Assembly: GCF_018977255.1 (NCBI RefSeq)
Contig: NW_024705310.1
Coordinates: forward strand, 1-55,294
Length of the DNA: 55,294 bases
Direction of reading: 5' to 3'
DNA from: Callorhinchus milii
Taxonomy: Eukaryota
Within the stretch, counting starts at the first letter, position 1; every line of letters starts with the position of its first letter. Both the position numbers and the translations under genes were made by a program. Positions 11,382 through 23,600 of this stretch are shown piece by piece. Under the pieces are notes generated by a model, which was not told where the DNA came from, searched no databases, and saw only the letters and a list, made by a program, of their open reading frames with translations.

Positions 11382-12856
11382 GCTGTCATCACCCCCCCTC
11401 CTCAAAAAACCTTCCCTCGGTCCCTCAAACCCCAGCCATTACCGCCCTATTTCTAACCTGCCCTTCCTCTCAAAAGTCCTAGAACACATTGTTGCTGATG
11501 AACTGTGCGCACACCTCCTCCCACTCCCTCTTCAAACCCCTCCAGTCCGGTTTCCGCCCACAGCACAGAGACTGCACTTGTGAAAGTCACAAACGACATC
11601 CGCTCTATCTGTGACCAGGGCTCCCTCTGCCTCCTTGTCCTCCTGGATCTCTCCGCCACATTTGACACAGTCGATCACTCCATCCTCCTCCACCGCCTTT
11701 CCTCCATCATCCACCTCAGTGGGACCGCACTCGCCCGGTTCGAGTCCTACCTCATAAACCGCCAGCAGTACATCTGCACAAACGGCTTCTCTCTCTCTCA
11801 CCCGGTCACCTGCGGATACCCCAGGGATCCATCCTTGGCCCCTTCTTTCTGATCTATATGCTCCCTCTCGGGGATGTTATCCACAGACATGGGGTACATT
11901 TCCACATGTATGTGGACGACACCCAACTTTATTTCTCCCCCTCACTTTGCGACCCCCAGTCCCCTGATGTTCTGTCAGCTGCCTGTCAGACCTCAGGAGC
12001 TGGATGTGCGCGAATTTCGTTCAGCTGAACGTTGACAAGACGGAAGCAATACTCTTTGGCTCTCGTCAACGTCTAAAATCACACGGTTCTCATCTCCTAA
12101 CCTACCCGACCTCCCCCTAAAACTCTCCAAACCTGTACGCAACCTAGGTGTCAGGTTCGACCCACAATTATCCTTCCTCCTCCACGTCCAGTCCCTCACC
12201 AACACCGCTTTCTTCCACCTCCGACTCATCACCCGTCTTTGTCAATACCTCACTCCAAAAGCCGTTGAAACCCTGGTCCATGCCTTTGTCACCTCTGGGC
12301 TGGACTATCCTAACGCCCTCCTCGCCGATCTCCCCTCCACTGCCATTCATAAAATCCAGGTCATACAAAATTCTGCGGGCTGCATTCTTACCCGCACCAA
12401 ACCCCACTCCCTGATCCCCCCCGTCCTGGCCAGACTGCACTGGCTGCCTGTCCCAGAGAGGATCGACTTCAAGATCCTCACCCTTGTCTTCAAATCTCTG
12501 CACTCGTCTGCACCCCCGGACCTCTCTGACCTCCTCTCTCCTCACAAAAGTGCCCGTTGCCTTCGCTTCACCGGGTTGCCCTCCTCCTTGTCCCCCGAGT
12601 CCTCCGCTCCACCATCGGCAGCCGTGCTTTCAGCCACTACCCCCCAAGGTTCTGGAACTCCCTTCCTCACTCCCTTTGCCTCGCTTCCTTTCTTCCCACT
12701 TTGAAGTCTCGGCTGAAGACCTTTCTTTTCGACCGCGCCTTTGGTCACCTTCCTCCCCCTGGCCCCTCCCACTGAGTCCACCCTGGGATCCGTTACTGTG
12801 AAGCTCTGAGACCCGTCTGGCGTGGAGGGCGCTATATAAATTCAAGTTGTTGTTGT
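11382..12856 (+). mobile_element. L2 LINE, 5'-truncated
   Basis: KKPSL..YRPISNLPFLSKVLE, HSTETALVKVTNDI, LLDLSATFDTVDHSILL; ends in a (GTT)n tail. Confidence 0.93.
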
Positions 12857-13278
12857 TCTGATTGGCTGCTGGCTGGGTGGGTGGTCTGATTGATTGGCAG
12901 CCTGATGGTTGGTCTGATTGGCTGGCGGCTGCGTGGGTGAGTGGTCTGATTGGCTGGTGGCTGCGTGGGTGAGTGGTCTGATTGGCTGGTGGCTGGGCGG
13001 GTGGGTGGTCTGATTGGCTGGTGGCTGGGCGGGTGGGTGGTCTGATTCGCTGGTGGCTGGGCTGGTGGGTGGTCTGATTGGCTGGCGGCTGTGTGGTCTG
13101 ATTGGCTGGTGGCTGGGCGGGTGGGTCTTCTGATTCGCTGGTGGCTTGACGAGTGTGTGGTTTGATTGGCTGGCGGCTGGGCGGGTGGGGTGGAAGGACA
13201 ATGCAGGGACAATAAAAGGGATTGATGGATGGATGGACGGTTGAATCTATGCTAATTTCATTTATTTTGTGTTGGAAG

Positions 13279-13376
13279 GACTTTCTCCATTGAGGTGGAT
13301 AAATGCAGTCACGTCAATCAAGTGCTAGGATTGGGAATTGGTGTTTTCCAGGGATTGTCCAACTTGGCACTGAATT
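13279..13376 (+). CDS. ABCB8: ABCB8 coding exon
   Basis: ggaag|GACT...AATT|gtaagt, 98 nt, phase 2/1, matching both neighbours. TFSIEVDKCSHVNQVLGLGIGVFQGLSNLALN(C). Confidence 0.9.
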
Positions 13377-13439
13377 GTAAGTCAATTATTTTTGGCTTTG
13401 TTTCCTCCAGAGAGCCTGGCCTGATCGTCCTCCCAATGT

Positions 13440-15218
13440 CAAAGGTGCTACTTTGAAATCATGTGGGATCCTTCCACATCTTCGAACCTGTCTCTCCCTC
13501 CTCTCTCTCCACCATTGTAACCCACATGAAACCGAGCCCATATCTACCCCTCTCTTTGCCTCCCAGCTCCACCTCCTTGCCCCCCTATTCACAGATATCT
13601 TAACATATAATAATAATCCTTGCATTTGATATAGCGCCTTATCACATCTTCAAGACGTCTCAAAGGGCTTCACAGGATATACTGAAAGTGAATTGACTGT
13701 ATTTTTTGTGGGCGAACCGCAGCAGCCAATTGTGCACAGCAGTGTCCCACAAACAGTCCTGGATTGAGTGACCAATTTATTGATTTATTTTTTTCATAAA
13801 CCTCTCCTTGTCCGCTTGTACTGTTCCCACCCCTATTAAAAATAGCCACCATCACTCCTATCCTTAAAAAAACCTCCCTGGACCCATCCCTGCTCTCAAA
13901 TTACCATCCCATTTCCAACCTCTCCAATTTCCTGGAACAAGTTGTTGCTTCCCAGCTTCGCTCCTTCCTTTCCTGCGTGAATCCCTTCAGTTGGGTTTTC
14001 ATGCCATCCAGAGCAGGGAAACAGTTTTTGTCAGAGTGACAAATGACATTTTGTCCATCTGATAGCAGGGCTCCCTCTGCCTCCTTGACCTCTCTGCTAC
14101 CTTTGATATCGTTAACCACTCCTCCTCCACCACCTCCTCTCACCTCAACCTTCATGGTTCTGTCCTTCACTGATTCAGATCCTACCTCTCACACCGTCTC
14201 CATTTTATCACAAACAGCTTCTCCTCCAGCCCCCCCCCGTACCATGCGGCCTCTGTCCTCAGTCCCCTCCTCTTCAATATCTATATGCTCCCTCTTGGTG
14301 ACACAATCCGCAGACATGGGGTCAACTTCCTCCAGCTTAATGTTGGCAAGACTGAGGCCCTCCTGCTTCGCTCCCAGGAGCGCCTCCTCACCTCAGCCCC
14401 TGACACGTGGGCACTGCTATGCACAATTGGCTACCCCGTTTCGCCCACAAATATACAGTCAATTTATGGCTGCTCTTTTCACCTCACTGATCTAATATGA
14501 AACTTCAGTGTTCTATTCGACCTCCAGCTCTTCTTCCAACCCCACGTTCATGCCTATGACTCGTTCTGCCCTTACACACCTTGGCAACATCGCTCACCTC
14601 CGTCACTGCCTCTCACTGCAGGCTGCTGAGACCCTTAGTCACACTTTCATCACGTCCCGACTTGACTAAGCCAACTGCCTGCTTGCTGGACTATTCTACC
14701 TTCCACAAGCTGCAGATTATTAAGGAACTCTGCAGCTCATGTACTGTCCCGCATCAGGCTCTGGGAACCTATCGCCCCTGTTCTTGTACGGCTTCACTCG
14801 CTCCCCATTCTTCAGAGAATCGAGGACAAAACCATCGCTCTTACTGTCAAGGTCCTCCACGACTTGGTTTCCCCAAGTCTCTGACCTCATAACCCCATTT
14901 GGCTGCTCCTCCACACGGACGACACTGGCCTGCTTCATGTTTCCTGCACTTCCTACTCAATGATTGGCGGTTGGACATTCAGCATCTCTGCCACCAGCCT
15001 CTGGAGCTCTGTCCTGCAATCCCTCCACCTCACTCCCCCTCATGTCTTGTCTGAAGACCTTCCCCTTCAGCTGTGCCTTCGACTCCCTCCCCCCCCCCTC
15101 CCTGCCCTCCATGCCTCCTGACCCCAACTCCCAGCTCTGGACCAAAATTCCTGATTGTCCAGCGCCCTAGGACGTCTTTCTGACGTGAAGTGCGATATAC
15201 AAGTGTAATTTGTTGTTG
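13440..15218 (+). mobile_element. Degenerate L2 LINE with nested SINE fragments
   Basis: [42 protein letters not shown]; 3' end gacgtctttctgacgtgaagtgcgatatacaagtgtaatttgttgttg. Confidence 0.82.
13608..13795 (-). mobile_element. SINE 3' half nested in the L2
   Basis: (AAT)n cc ttgcatttgatatagcgc...gcagccaattgtgcacagcagtgtcccacaaaca; same family as 6717-7040. Confidence 0.8.
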
Positions 15219-15252
15219 CTGAGAGGTTTTCCACTTCCTATGTGTTCCTCAG

Positions 15253-15358
15253 GCATTGTTCTGGGCACCATTTACGCCGGTGGATCTCTTATTATGAGGG
15301 AGGAGATGTGTGCTGGGGATCTGATGTCTTTTCTGGTGGCTTCCCAAACGATTCAAAG
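15253..15358 (+). CDS. ABCB8: ABCB8 coding exon
   Basis: ttcctcag|GCATT...CAAAG|gtcagt, 106 nt. (C)[34 protein letters not shown](R), as in ORF 15210..15413. Confidence 0.93.
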
Positions 15359-15889
15359 GTCAGTTTGTAATTGTTATTCTTTAAAATTCTCAGTATATAT
15401 ACAGTTTTTTTAAACTTAGCTTATTGTGTACAAAATATTTGCCCACCAAGGAGGTTCGGGGGGGGTGGGGGCGATGGGGGAAAGCATACAGGAGACAGGG
15501 CATCCATGCACTATCTCCATGAGGGAGGGAGAGGATTCCTGAAGCCTAGCTATGGAGGTTCATGCGGGGGAGGATGGGGCTGCCTTTCTAAACGTTCATA
15601 AATTCCATCAAATTCTATTTGTTGTTTATTATAATGGTGCTCCAGTGAAGCTTTCTAACTGAAGCTTTCTAACTAGCTTACAATCTGAATGTAGAGGCAA
15701 AATAAAGAAATTGAAAGAGGCTTGTTACTTCTGGTTGAGTTGACACAAACTTTTTCCACTAGATGTCACAAACTCACAAACATTCAAGACATTGGACTGT
15801 TTTACAGTAAACTAATATGCAGCAGCTGTGTGTGGATTGTTGATTCTAATTACACCTCAAATGCTTTTAATGAGCATAAAAATAAACAA

Positions 15890-16088
15890 ATAAATAAAAA
15901 CAATAATAATTTGGTCACTCAATCCACAACTGTTTGTGGGACACTGCTGTGCGCAATTGGCTATGCGCAATTGGCTACCGCATTTTGCCCACAAATATAG
16001 AGTCAATTCACTTTACAGTATATTCTGTGAGGGCTTTGAGACATCCAGCAGACATGAAAAGCTTTATATCAAATGCAAGGATTATTAT
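15890..16088 (+). mobile_element. SINE 3' half
   Basis: ggtcactcaatccacaactgtttgtgggacactgctgtgcgcaattgg...atatcaaatgcaagg(att)n. Confidence 0.8.
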
Positions 16089-16364
16089 CCTGCAGAAATG
16101 TAGTCACAACTGAGTTCAGGCTAATTGGACTATAATACCCTCATCACAGAATGTGACAGTACAGAAGCAACCCATTTGGTTTATAAAATCTGTGCTCGAT
16201 TTTTTCCATTTGAACCAATCTCATTTTGCTTCCTCCCACACCTCCAGCAACTACCAAATCCCTAATGTTTCAAGTCTCATCATAACTGAAGATCCTCATG
16301 CCTGGTGGCACCTTAGTGAATCTTTGAAGTACCTTTCCATTGCCATTATATCTATTAATTATAT

Positions 16365-19240
16365 AACAACAACAACAAAATTACAATTATAGAGTGTCTT
16401 TCACGTCGGGAGGTCATCCCAAAGCTCTGAACAGTCAGGTCGGGGCCCCAGCATGGGGGAGGGGTGGGGTAGGGGTGAGAGAAGGCAGAGAGGTGGGAGG
16501 GAGACCAAAGGCACGATCGAAGAGAAGGGTCTTGAGACCGGCCTTGAAGGAGGTGAGGGAGGAAGCGAGGCGAAGGGACCGCGGGATGGAGTTCCAGAGT
16601 GTGGGGGCAGAGAGGCTGAAGGCCCAGCCACCAATGGGTGGGAGACATGGAGCAACCGTAGCCCACTGAACGGAAGGAGCGGGCAGGTTGGTAGGGAGTC
16701 AGCAGGTCAGAGAGGTAGGATGGCCTTAAAAGTGAAGACGAGGATCTTGAATTCGATCCTCTGGGGGATGGGGAGTCAGGTGAGGGTAGGAGTGATGGGG
16801 TCGGGCGAGGGTGGGAGTGATGGGGTCACAGAGCCTGGTGCGTGGTACACAGGCTGCAGAGTTTTGGATGATCTGCAGCTTGTGAAAGAAAGAGTTGGGA
16901 AGGCCAATGAGGAGGGAGTTCCCTTAATCGAGCCTTGAGGTGACAAATGTGTGGGTGAGGGTTTGGGCAGCCTGAGCGGGTGAGGCAGTGGCGGAGTCTG
17001 GCAGTGTTGTGGAGGTGGTGGTAGGCAGTGCCGGTCATGGTGCGGATGTGGGGGAGAAAGGACAGTTCAGGGTCAAACAAGATCCCCAGGTTCCTGACTG
17101 GCTCAGTGAGGTTGAGTGTGCAGCCGTGGAGGCTGATGCTGCCAGAGCCCGAGGTGTGGAGGTGCTGGTGCGAGCCAATCAGGAGGGCCTCGGTCTTGCT
17201 GACGTTGAGTTGGAGAAAGTTGTCCCTCGTCCAGGACTTGATGTGGGACAGGCAGTCGGTCAGGACACCAGTCTTCCTGGATGGAGGCAGAGAGGTAGAG
17301 TTGGGTGTCATCCGCATACATGTGGAAATTTGCCCCATGTCTGTGGATGATGTCACCACAGGGGGAGCATGTAGAGGGTGAAGTAGAGGGGACCGAGGAC
17401 AGAGCCCTGAGGGACACCGCATGAGACGGTGCGGGGGCTGGAAGAGAAGCCGTTTGCCGTGACAAAGTGGAGGCGGTGTGAAAAGTAGGACCTAAACCAG
17501 TCAAGGCCAGAACCTTGAAGGTTGAGGTGGGAGGAGCAGCGGTGGAGGAGGATTGAGTGGTCCTCGATGTCAAAGGCGGCGGAGAGATCGGGGAGGTTGA
17601 GGAGGCAGAGAGAGCCCTGGTCACACATGGTCAGGATGTCGTTGTGACCTTGACCAGAGCAGTTTCCATGCTGTGGGCAACACAGAAACCCGATTGGAGG
17701 GGCTCATGGAGGGAGTGAGAGGAGAGGAAACAGCGAAGCATGGAGGCAACGGCTCTCTCAAGGACCTTGGATAGGAAAGGGAGGTTTGAGATGGGCCGGT
17801 AACTGGATAGCTGTGATGGGTCAAGGAAAGGTTTCTTCAAGGTGGGGGTGATAGTGGCTGTTTTGAGCGGGGAAGGAACAGTCCCGGATGACAGGGAGAG
17901 GTTAATGATGTCGGCAAGTAGTGGGGCAAGGAGGTGGAGCTGGAGTTTGAGGAGTGGGGTAGGGATGGGGGTCGAGGGAGGACTTCATGGAGGTTACTGT
18001 GTTGAAGACAGAGGAGGGGGTGACAGGTTTGGAAGGAGGCATGGGTAACTGTCGGATGCGTAATTGGGTGGGGGTAGGGAGGGGATGGAAGTTGGGAGGG
18101 CAGTGGCAGCTGAGCGGATTCCCTCAATTTTGGACTCAAGGAAGTCCAGCATTTTCTCGCAGTGCGAGTCAGAGGAAAATATCTGTGAGGCATATCGGGG
18201 AGGGTGGAGGAGCCGGTTAGTGGTGGAGAACAGAACAGGAGCCTGGGATTCCTTTCGCCTCCAGGATTAACCTGGAATTGAAGGATGATTTGGCCAAAGC
18301 GAGAGTGGAGTCATAGTTCTTGATGAGGTCCAGCCAGATGTGGCAGTGGACTGTTAGGCTAGATTTGAGCCAAGTGCGTTCGGCAGACTGCACCTGGTCC
18401 TTAAGCAAGCGGAGGTGGCTGGTGAACCAGGGTGAGGATCGGGAATAGGAGACAGTTCAGGAGGTGAGGGAGGCAAGGACGTTGAGTGTGGTGGAGAGGG
18501 TGCTGTGAAGAAGAGTGAGTACAGCGAGTAGGTTGCGAGAGGTGGGCCAGAGTGGGAGGAGATCAGAGGACTCCAGGGCAGCGGAGTGGGATTGCGGGGA
18601 GATCTTCCACGGGCGGTAGGAGATGGTGGTAGGTTTGGAGGCCACGGGGAGAGGGATATGGGAGTTGAGGGAGATGAAATGGTGGTCAGAGATGGCCTTG
18701 TCTGTAATGGTGACATCCAAGATGCTGAGGCCCCAGGTGATCACCAGGTTGTGCGGGTGACCGTGGGTGTGGGTAGCAGAGTGGATGTGGAGGGAGAGGT
18801 TGAGAGAGGAGAGGAGAGAGAAGTCTGAGCAGGTGGAGCAGGAGGGGGTGAAGTGGAGGTTGAAGTGACTGAGGATGATGAGGCGGTCGGAACAGAGGGA
18901 GGAGGGTGGAGATGTCAGAGATGAAGGTGGGAGAGGATTTTGGGGGGCGGTAAAGTAAGAGAATTTTCAGAGAAAAGTGGGAGGGACGGCAGAGTGTAAG
19001 GTGTTCGAAAGAGGGGAACGAGCTGGTGGAGTAGGGGGATAGGGCAAGTGACGCCCTGGATATGAGGGACACACCACTGCCATGATGGTTGGGGCGTGGG
19101 GCATGGTGGTAGGTGTAGCCGGGTGGTGTGACCTCAGTGAGGGGGAAGGTGTCACCTGGGGTGATCCAGGTTTCTGTGAGTGCCATAATGTCAATGTTCT
19201 CATCGAGGATGAGTTCATTGATGTCCAGGGTCTTGTTATA
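16365..19240 (-). mobile_element. L2 LINE with nearly complete but disrupted ORF2 (APE endonuclease + RT)
   Basis: NKTLDINELILDENIDIMALTETWITPGD (APE start), [43 protein letters not shown]; (GTT)n tail at 16365-16378. Confidence 0.94.
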
Positions 19241-19301
19241 CCCTAAACTGTAGCCAATATTCCTGCTTGTATTCATTTCTCTGTTTCTCAAATTGTAACA
19301 G

Positions 19302-19335
19302 GTCTTTGGGAAGCATCTCCATCCTGTTTGGACAG
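19302..19335 (+). CDS. ABCB8: ABCB8 34-nt small coding exon
   Basis: Pyrimidine tract then aacag|GTCTTTGGGAAGCATCTCCATCCTGTTTGGACAG|gtgaga. (R)SLGSISILFGQ bridges phase 2 to phase 0 and matches SMANLSVLFGQ of mammalian ABCB8. Confidence 0.88.
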
Positions 19336-19899
19336 GTGAGACACTGACTATAATACTCTTTCTCTCGGCTGCAAGTCCGGCTCTGACATTAACTAAAACT
19401 AGCAGCTCTATTGAACAAAATCCAAGATCATGATTTCTCAAGATATTTGTTTTTTGGTTGGTATTTGCACTCTCTCCCTGAAGGCTTGCACCCTGTTCAC
19501 CTTATTCTGGAGAATATTAAGTGCAGGTTGGCAGGAGACTGTGCTGGTTGGTACTAGCCTGGCTCAGTTAGTAGCAATTTTCTACTTTGTGGTGTGGAGT
19601 ACTGGGGAACTGAGACTGCCACAAAGGATTGACTCGATTTCGAAATTCCATTGACAAACATATCATCTTGGAGACAGTATTGCTCCAAAGAGACCCCGCT
19701 TACCTCCCCCACCCCGATGATAGTCGTTGCAACTTGTACGTCAAAAACAACAAATTATATTTGTATATTGCCTTTCACGTCAGGAGTATTTGTAAATGGT
19801 GAAGCTAGGGAGACCAAGATTTATATTGAGCCCTTCATGTGGGTCACATCTCCTAAATGTTCCACCAGCCACAAGATCCAGCTAAAAACAACTCCACCA

Positions 19900-20320
19900 T
19901 GAGCATTCTTACCACACTAAATTCTAAATAAACTTTGTCCAACCCCTATTCTTTGCCACACTCCACTGGATCCATCCCCGAATGGATCAGTTTCAAGGTC
20001 CTCACTCTCACATATATATATATATATATCCCTTTACATTCTAATCCTCCCTATGAAAGCTCTGTGACCCTATCCTGCAGGAAGCTGCTATGTAAATGCA
20101 AGTTGCATCGCTGTGATCTCCTCATACCCACACTCCTGCCGCTGCCCCAATGCTCAGCTAACATTGGCTTCTATACATCGCACAATCCCTCGGTTGCTGA
20201 ACCTTCACTCATTGTGTCCCCAATCTCTGGAATTCTCTGCCTCTATCCTCTGCCGCTTGTAGTTATGGTCACCTTCCTCTCTGCCTTTCTACCAAGCTCC
20301 GTGTCCAACTAGCCTTGATT
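19900..20320 (+). mobile_element. Old L2 3' fragment
   Basis: ctccactggatccatccccgaatggatcagtttcaaggtcctcactctcaca (HW..P..I.FKVLTLTY motif) and ctctggaattctct. Confidence 0.5.
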
Positions 20321-20410
20321 TCTCTCTCTGATTCCTGATTGCTATTTGGGATCCTCTGTATGATAATCCTTAATGTGTTGCTGAGTCTTTTATCTTTGCT
20401 TTGTTGGCAG

Positions 20411-20547
20411 GTTGTACGTGGGCTGAGTGCTGGAGCCAGGGTTTTGGAGTTGATGATGGTTCAGCCAACGATTCCGCTCCGGGGAGGCCTGGAGATAGAC
20501 GCTCACTCACTAGTGGGCCATGTGCAATTCCACCATGTACAGTTCAG
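20411..20547 (+). CDS. ABCB8: ABCB8 coding exon (TMD-NBD linker)
   Basis: tggcag|GTT...TTCAG|gtctga, 137 nt. VVRGLSAGARVLELMMVQPTIPLRGGLEIDAHSLVGHVQFHHVQF(S). Confidence 0.92.
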
Positions 20548-20718
20548 GTCTGAAACCCCCTGAGCCAATCCTCAGTATAAGAAGGGAGTTTAGCCTAGAT
20601 TTCCTTTTTGAGAGGGAATGCTGCTGTTACAAGGTGCTTTAGAATTGAAACTTTTGCCTCCGAGCTCTGTACTCCCGTCAAGAAGATGTTGAATGTTCTC
20701 CTTACTGTGTTTCCCCAG

Positions 20719-20813
20719 CTACCCAACCAGACCTGGCCACTCTGTGTTACACGATTTCAACCTGACTCTACATCCTTTTCAGACAGTGGCCATTGTGGGT
20801 CAGTCTGGAGCGG
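20719..20813 (+). CDS. ABCB8: ABCB8 coding exon (A-loop, start of Walker A)
   Basis: ttccccag|CTAC...GCGG|gtgagt, 95 nt. [31 protein letters not shown](G). Confidence 0.94.
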
Positions 20814-21101
20814 GTGAGTAGTTGTACTTTGAGGAACTGATTAAAACCCTTGTTGCTTCTTGTTCAGCCAGTTCTAAACTCCAGAGTGACGGCTGGAGTT
20901 TGATTTACTAAAACCATAAAGTTTGTCACTGCAATCACTGGAAAGCTTGCCGCTGCTTGTGCAACTCAGCCATCAGGGGTTTAGCTGCAGAGGGTTTGAA
21001 TTGTGATGATAGTTTGGGGAGAGTTTGAAGGACAAAAGTTTGGTTGGTTTGTAGAGGTACAGTGGGTAAAATAAAGTTCTCGTTTCTCTTGTTAATTGCA
21101 G

Positions 21102-21235
21102 GTAAATCGACAATCGCTGCTCTGCTTGAGAGGTTCTATGACCCGGAGGTTGGGGTTATCAAGTTGGATGGTTATGACATCAGGACACTTGATCCCTCCT
21201 GGCTGCGCAGTCATGTCATTGGCTTCATAAATCAG
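21102..21235 (+). CDS. ABCB8: ABCB8 coding exon (end of Walker A, Q-loop)
   Basis: ttgcag|GTAAA...AATCAG|gtgtgt, 134 nt. (G)[44 protein letters not shown]. Confidence 0.95.
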
Positions 21236-21353
21236 GTGTGTCTGATCCCATAGTGACAAAAACCTGCATTTACGCTGTCTTTCATACAGAATAATATCTT
21301 AAGAGTGCTTGCCAGACAACAGTATCAATGGCAAGCTATACAGTTTTAGTTGT

Positions 21354-21720
21354 AGTCCTGTAGCTCAGTGGTTAGAGCACTCACCTCATTAGTGAGAGAT
21401 CTGGGCTTGATTCCCAGCAGCGCAAAGCGTTAGGAGGCAAGTTTCCTTACTCCACACGCCTCTGTTCACCTAGCAGGGGGTAGGTACCAGGTTGTTGTCG
21501 ATTGGCAAATCGCTTTTCCGGGGATAATAATCCCTATTTTAAAAAAATATTGGGCCACTCAATCCGCCACTGTTTGTGGGACACTGCTGTGCGCAATTGG
21601 CTGCCACATTTCACTTGCAAAATATACAGTCATTTCACTTTACAGTATATTCTGTGAAATGCTTTGAGAAGTCTCGAAGATGTGATAAGGTGCTATAATC
21701 AAATGTAAGGAATATTATAA
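21354..21720 (+). mobile_element. Full-length tRNA-derived SINE
   Basis: agtcctgtagctcagtggttagagcactc...ctgggcttgattccc head, ggcaagtttccttactccacacgcctctgttcacctagcag core, Deu-type tail ending gctataatcaaatgtaagg. Confidence 0.88.
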
Positions 21721-21741
21721 CCCTGGCCCTCAATACTGCAG

Positions 21742-21889
21742 GAGCCAGTGCTTTTTGGCACCAACATCATGGAGAATATACGCTTTGCCAGCCCGGAGGC
21801 CACAGATGAGGAGGTTTATGAAGCCGCAAGACAAGCCAACGCTGATGGGTTCATTCGAAGTTTCCCTGATGGATACAACACCATCGTAG
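21742..21889 (+). CDS. ABCB8: ABCB8 coding exon
   Basis: actgcag|GAG...GTAG|gtaatc, 148 nt. [49 protein letters not shown](G). Confidence 0.95.
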
Positions 21890-22155
21890 GTAATCTTCTC
21901 TAAAGTGCTAAAGCAGCAGAAACACCTCAGTCTGGAATACTTTAGAGAATTCCCACCTCCCCCCACCACACACACACACTGAACCCCTAGGTGGCAACGC
22001 ACACGCGTTGTCTATCCCCACAGGTGCCGGTTGTCTATAAAATATTAATTCAATCAGATGTGAACAAAAGACAATGTCAATAACAAAGTGGATGTTTCTC
22101 AGCCTTATTAGGATTGTCTGGGCCGAGTGAGTGAATAGTCTGCTATGTTTCTCAG

Positions 22156-22406
22156 GTGAGCGCGGAGCAAGTCTCTCAGGTGGACAGAAACAACGGGTGG
22201 CCATCGCACGGGCGCTGATTAAAAACCCTCGTCTCCTGATCCTCGACGAGGCAACAAGTGCCCTGGACACGGAGTCTGAGAGAGTCGTACAGGAGGCTCT
22301 GGATCACGCCAAGAAAGGGCGGACAGTACTGGTCATTGCCCATCGACTGAGCACCATCAGGGCAGCAGATGTTATTTGTGTCCTTGACAATGGTCAAATT
22401 AAGGAG
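22156..22406 (+). CDS. ABCB8: ABCB8 coding exon (ABC signature, Walker B, D-loop, H-loop)
   Basis: ttctcag|GTGAG...AAGGAG|gtcagt, 251 nt. [84 protein letters not shown]. Confidence 0.96.
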
Positions 22407-22599
22407 GTCAGTGTTGCCAGCGAGGTCCAGGTTAGTCAGGGACGTGTTGAGTTTCATTGAGTTCAGAAAAGATGGTTAGTCTCAGGGTTAATTCTCCACC
22501 AATGTATAAAATACCTCTAGACAACACTTTTCATCTTGCGAAGTACTTGACTGCTGGCTGGGCACTCAAGCTGGGATGGAAGCCAAGGGGGTGGGGAAA

Positions 22600-23360
22600 G
22601 AGGAAAGACTTGAGGCAGAGGTTGACAAAAGGGAGGGATGGGGCAAGGCAGAGGGATAGGGCCAGGGCAGGGGACATGAAATAGGCCTGTAATCACTCAG
22701 TTAAATGCCGTGGAGACATTTAAGTGTTAAAATGAGGATCTTAAAATTGATTTGTTGGGGGGATAGGGAGCTAATGGAGCCAAGTGAGAATGGGGTGATA
22801 TGCTTACAGAGCCTAGTGCTGGAGAGCACGAGCTGAAGAATCCTGGATAGTCTCCAGCTTGTGTAGGAAGTAGCTGAGAGACCAATGGAGTCTGATGAGA
22901 ACAGGAGTGATGGACATGCAAACTTATTGCTAGTGAGGATGCAGGTATGGATGTGTTAAGATGTGTTTATGGAGCTCGAGAGACCAGTGAGGAGCGCATT
23001 AGAAATATCCAGCCAGGAGGTGCCAACTCCAGGGTTTTTCGCGGTATTTCGAGTGAGCTCGGCACAAAGACAGGTGATGTAGCAATGCTGAAGTAAAGTG
23101 TTCTTAGTCAGAGACTGGGATGGAGGGAGGAAGGAGAGCTGATTCAATGAGTTTGGGAAGAGGACAAGGAGGTTGACGAAATAACGAGACAGTGACAGGA
23201 GTCATGTCTAGTTGCAGGAAATGTTGGTCATTAAGGCCTTGATGTCTGACTGGCAAGTGGATTATCAATGAACCCGGGATCAAGAGTGCAACTTTACAGA
23301 TAGATTTGATTGCCATCTGCATATAGGTAGTCCTGGGCCCTGGAGACAATGCTGCGTGGT
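22600..23360 (-). mobile_element. Old degenerate L2 fragment
   Basis: Minus strand shows decayed YADxxQIY and 'HFLQL' L2-RT-like segments (ORF 23104..23349). Confidence 0.5.
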
Positions 23361-23600
23361 TAGGGGCTGGGGAGGCAGAGGCCGAGTGTCAGGTGCCAGA
23401 AACACCCATAACACAGGTACAGATGAGGGCAGACAGCGCCCGCAGAGACAGACACCTGTAATACAGGCGGAGCCAAAGACAGTCACAGGTGGGGACAGTG
23501 ACACTAACAGGTACAGGTGGAACAGGAAAGTGGAGCAGGTGTGACTGCGACTGTGATTGGCTGAAAGCTTGGATGGCTGTGATTGGCTGCAGGTTTGAAT

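Larger units (their letters stand above)
7929..13190. repeat. G-rich ~28-32-bp minisatellite (GGTCTGATTGGCTGGTGGCTGGGCGGGTGGGT), interrupted by three LINE insertions
   Basis: Blocks at ~7929-8894, 9650-10840, 11294-11381 and 12857-13190. Spacing of ctgattgg is 32 nt at 7987/8019. Produces the PPANQTT/ATSQSDH spurious ORFs. Confidence 0.92.

Noticed and set aside
8145..13212. Pro/Gln/Thr-rich mucin-like ORFs on the minus strand
   Set aside because: They come from the CCAAT minisatellite, switch frame with unit-length variation, and have no splice structure.
18686..19441. 251-aa antisense ORF overlapping the 34-nt ABCB8 exon
   Set aside because: L2 homology stops at ~19240. The N-terminal ~65 codons are chance read-through of intron and exon sequence, and the endonuclease frame shifts downstream.
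23385..23505. agtgtca...tgacact 7-bp inverted ends suggesting a tiny LTR or MITE
   Set aside because: Too short, no clear target-site duplication and no second copy in the window; compatible with chance.
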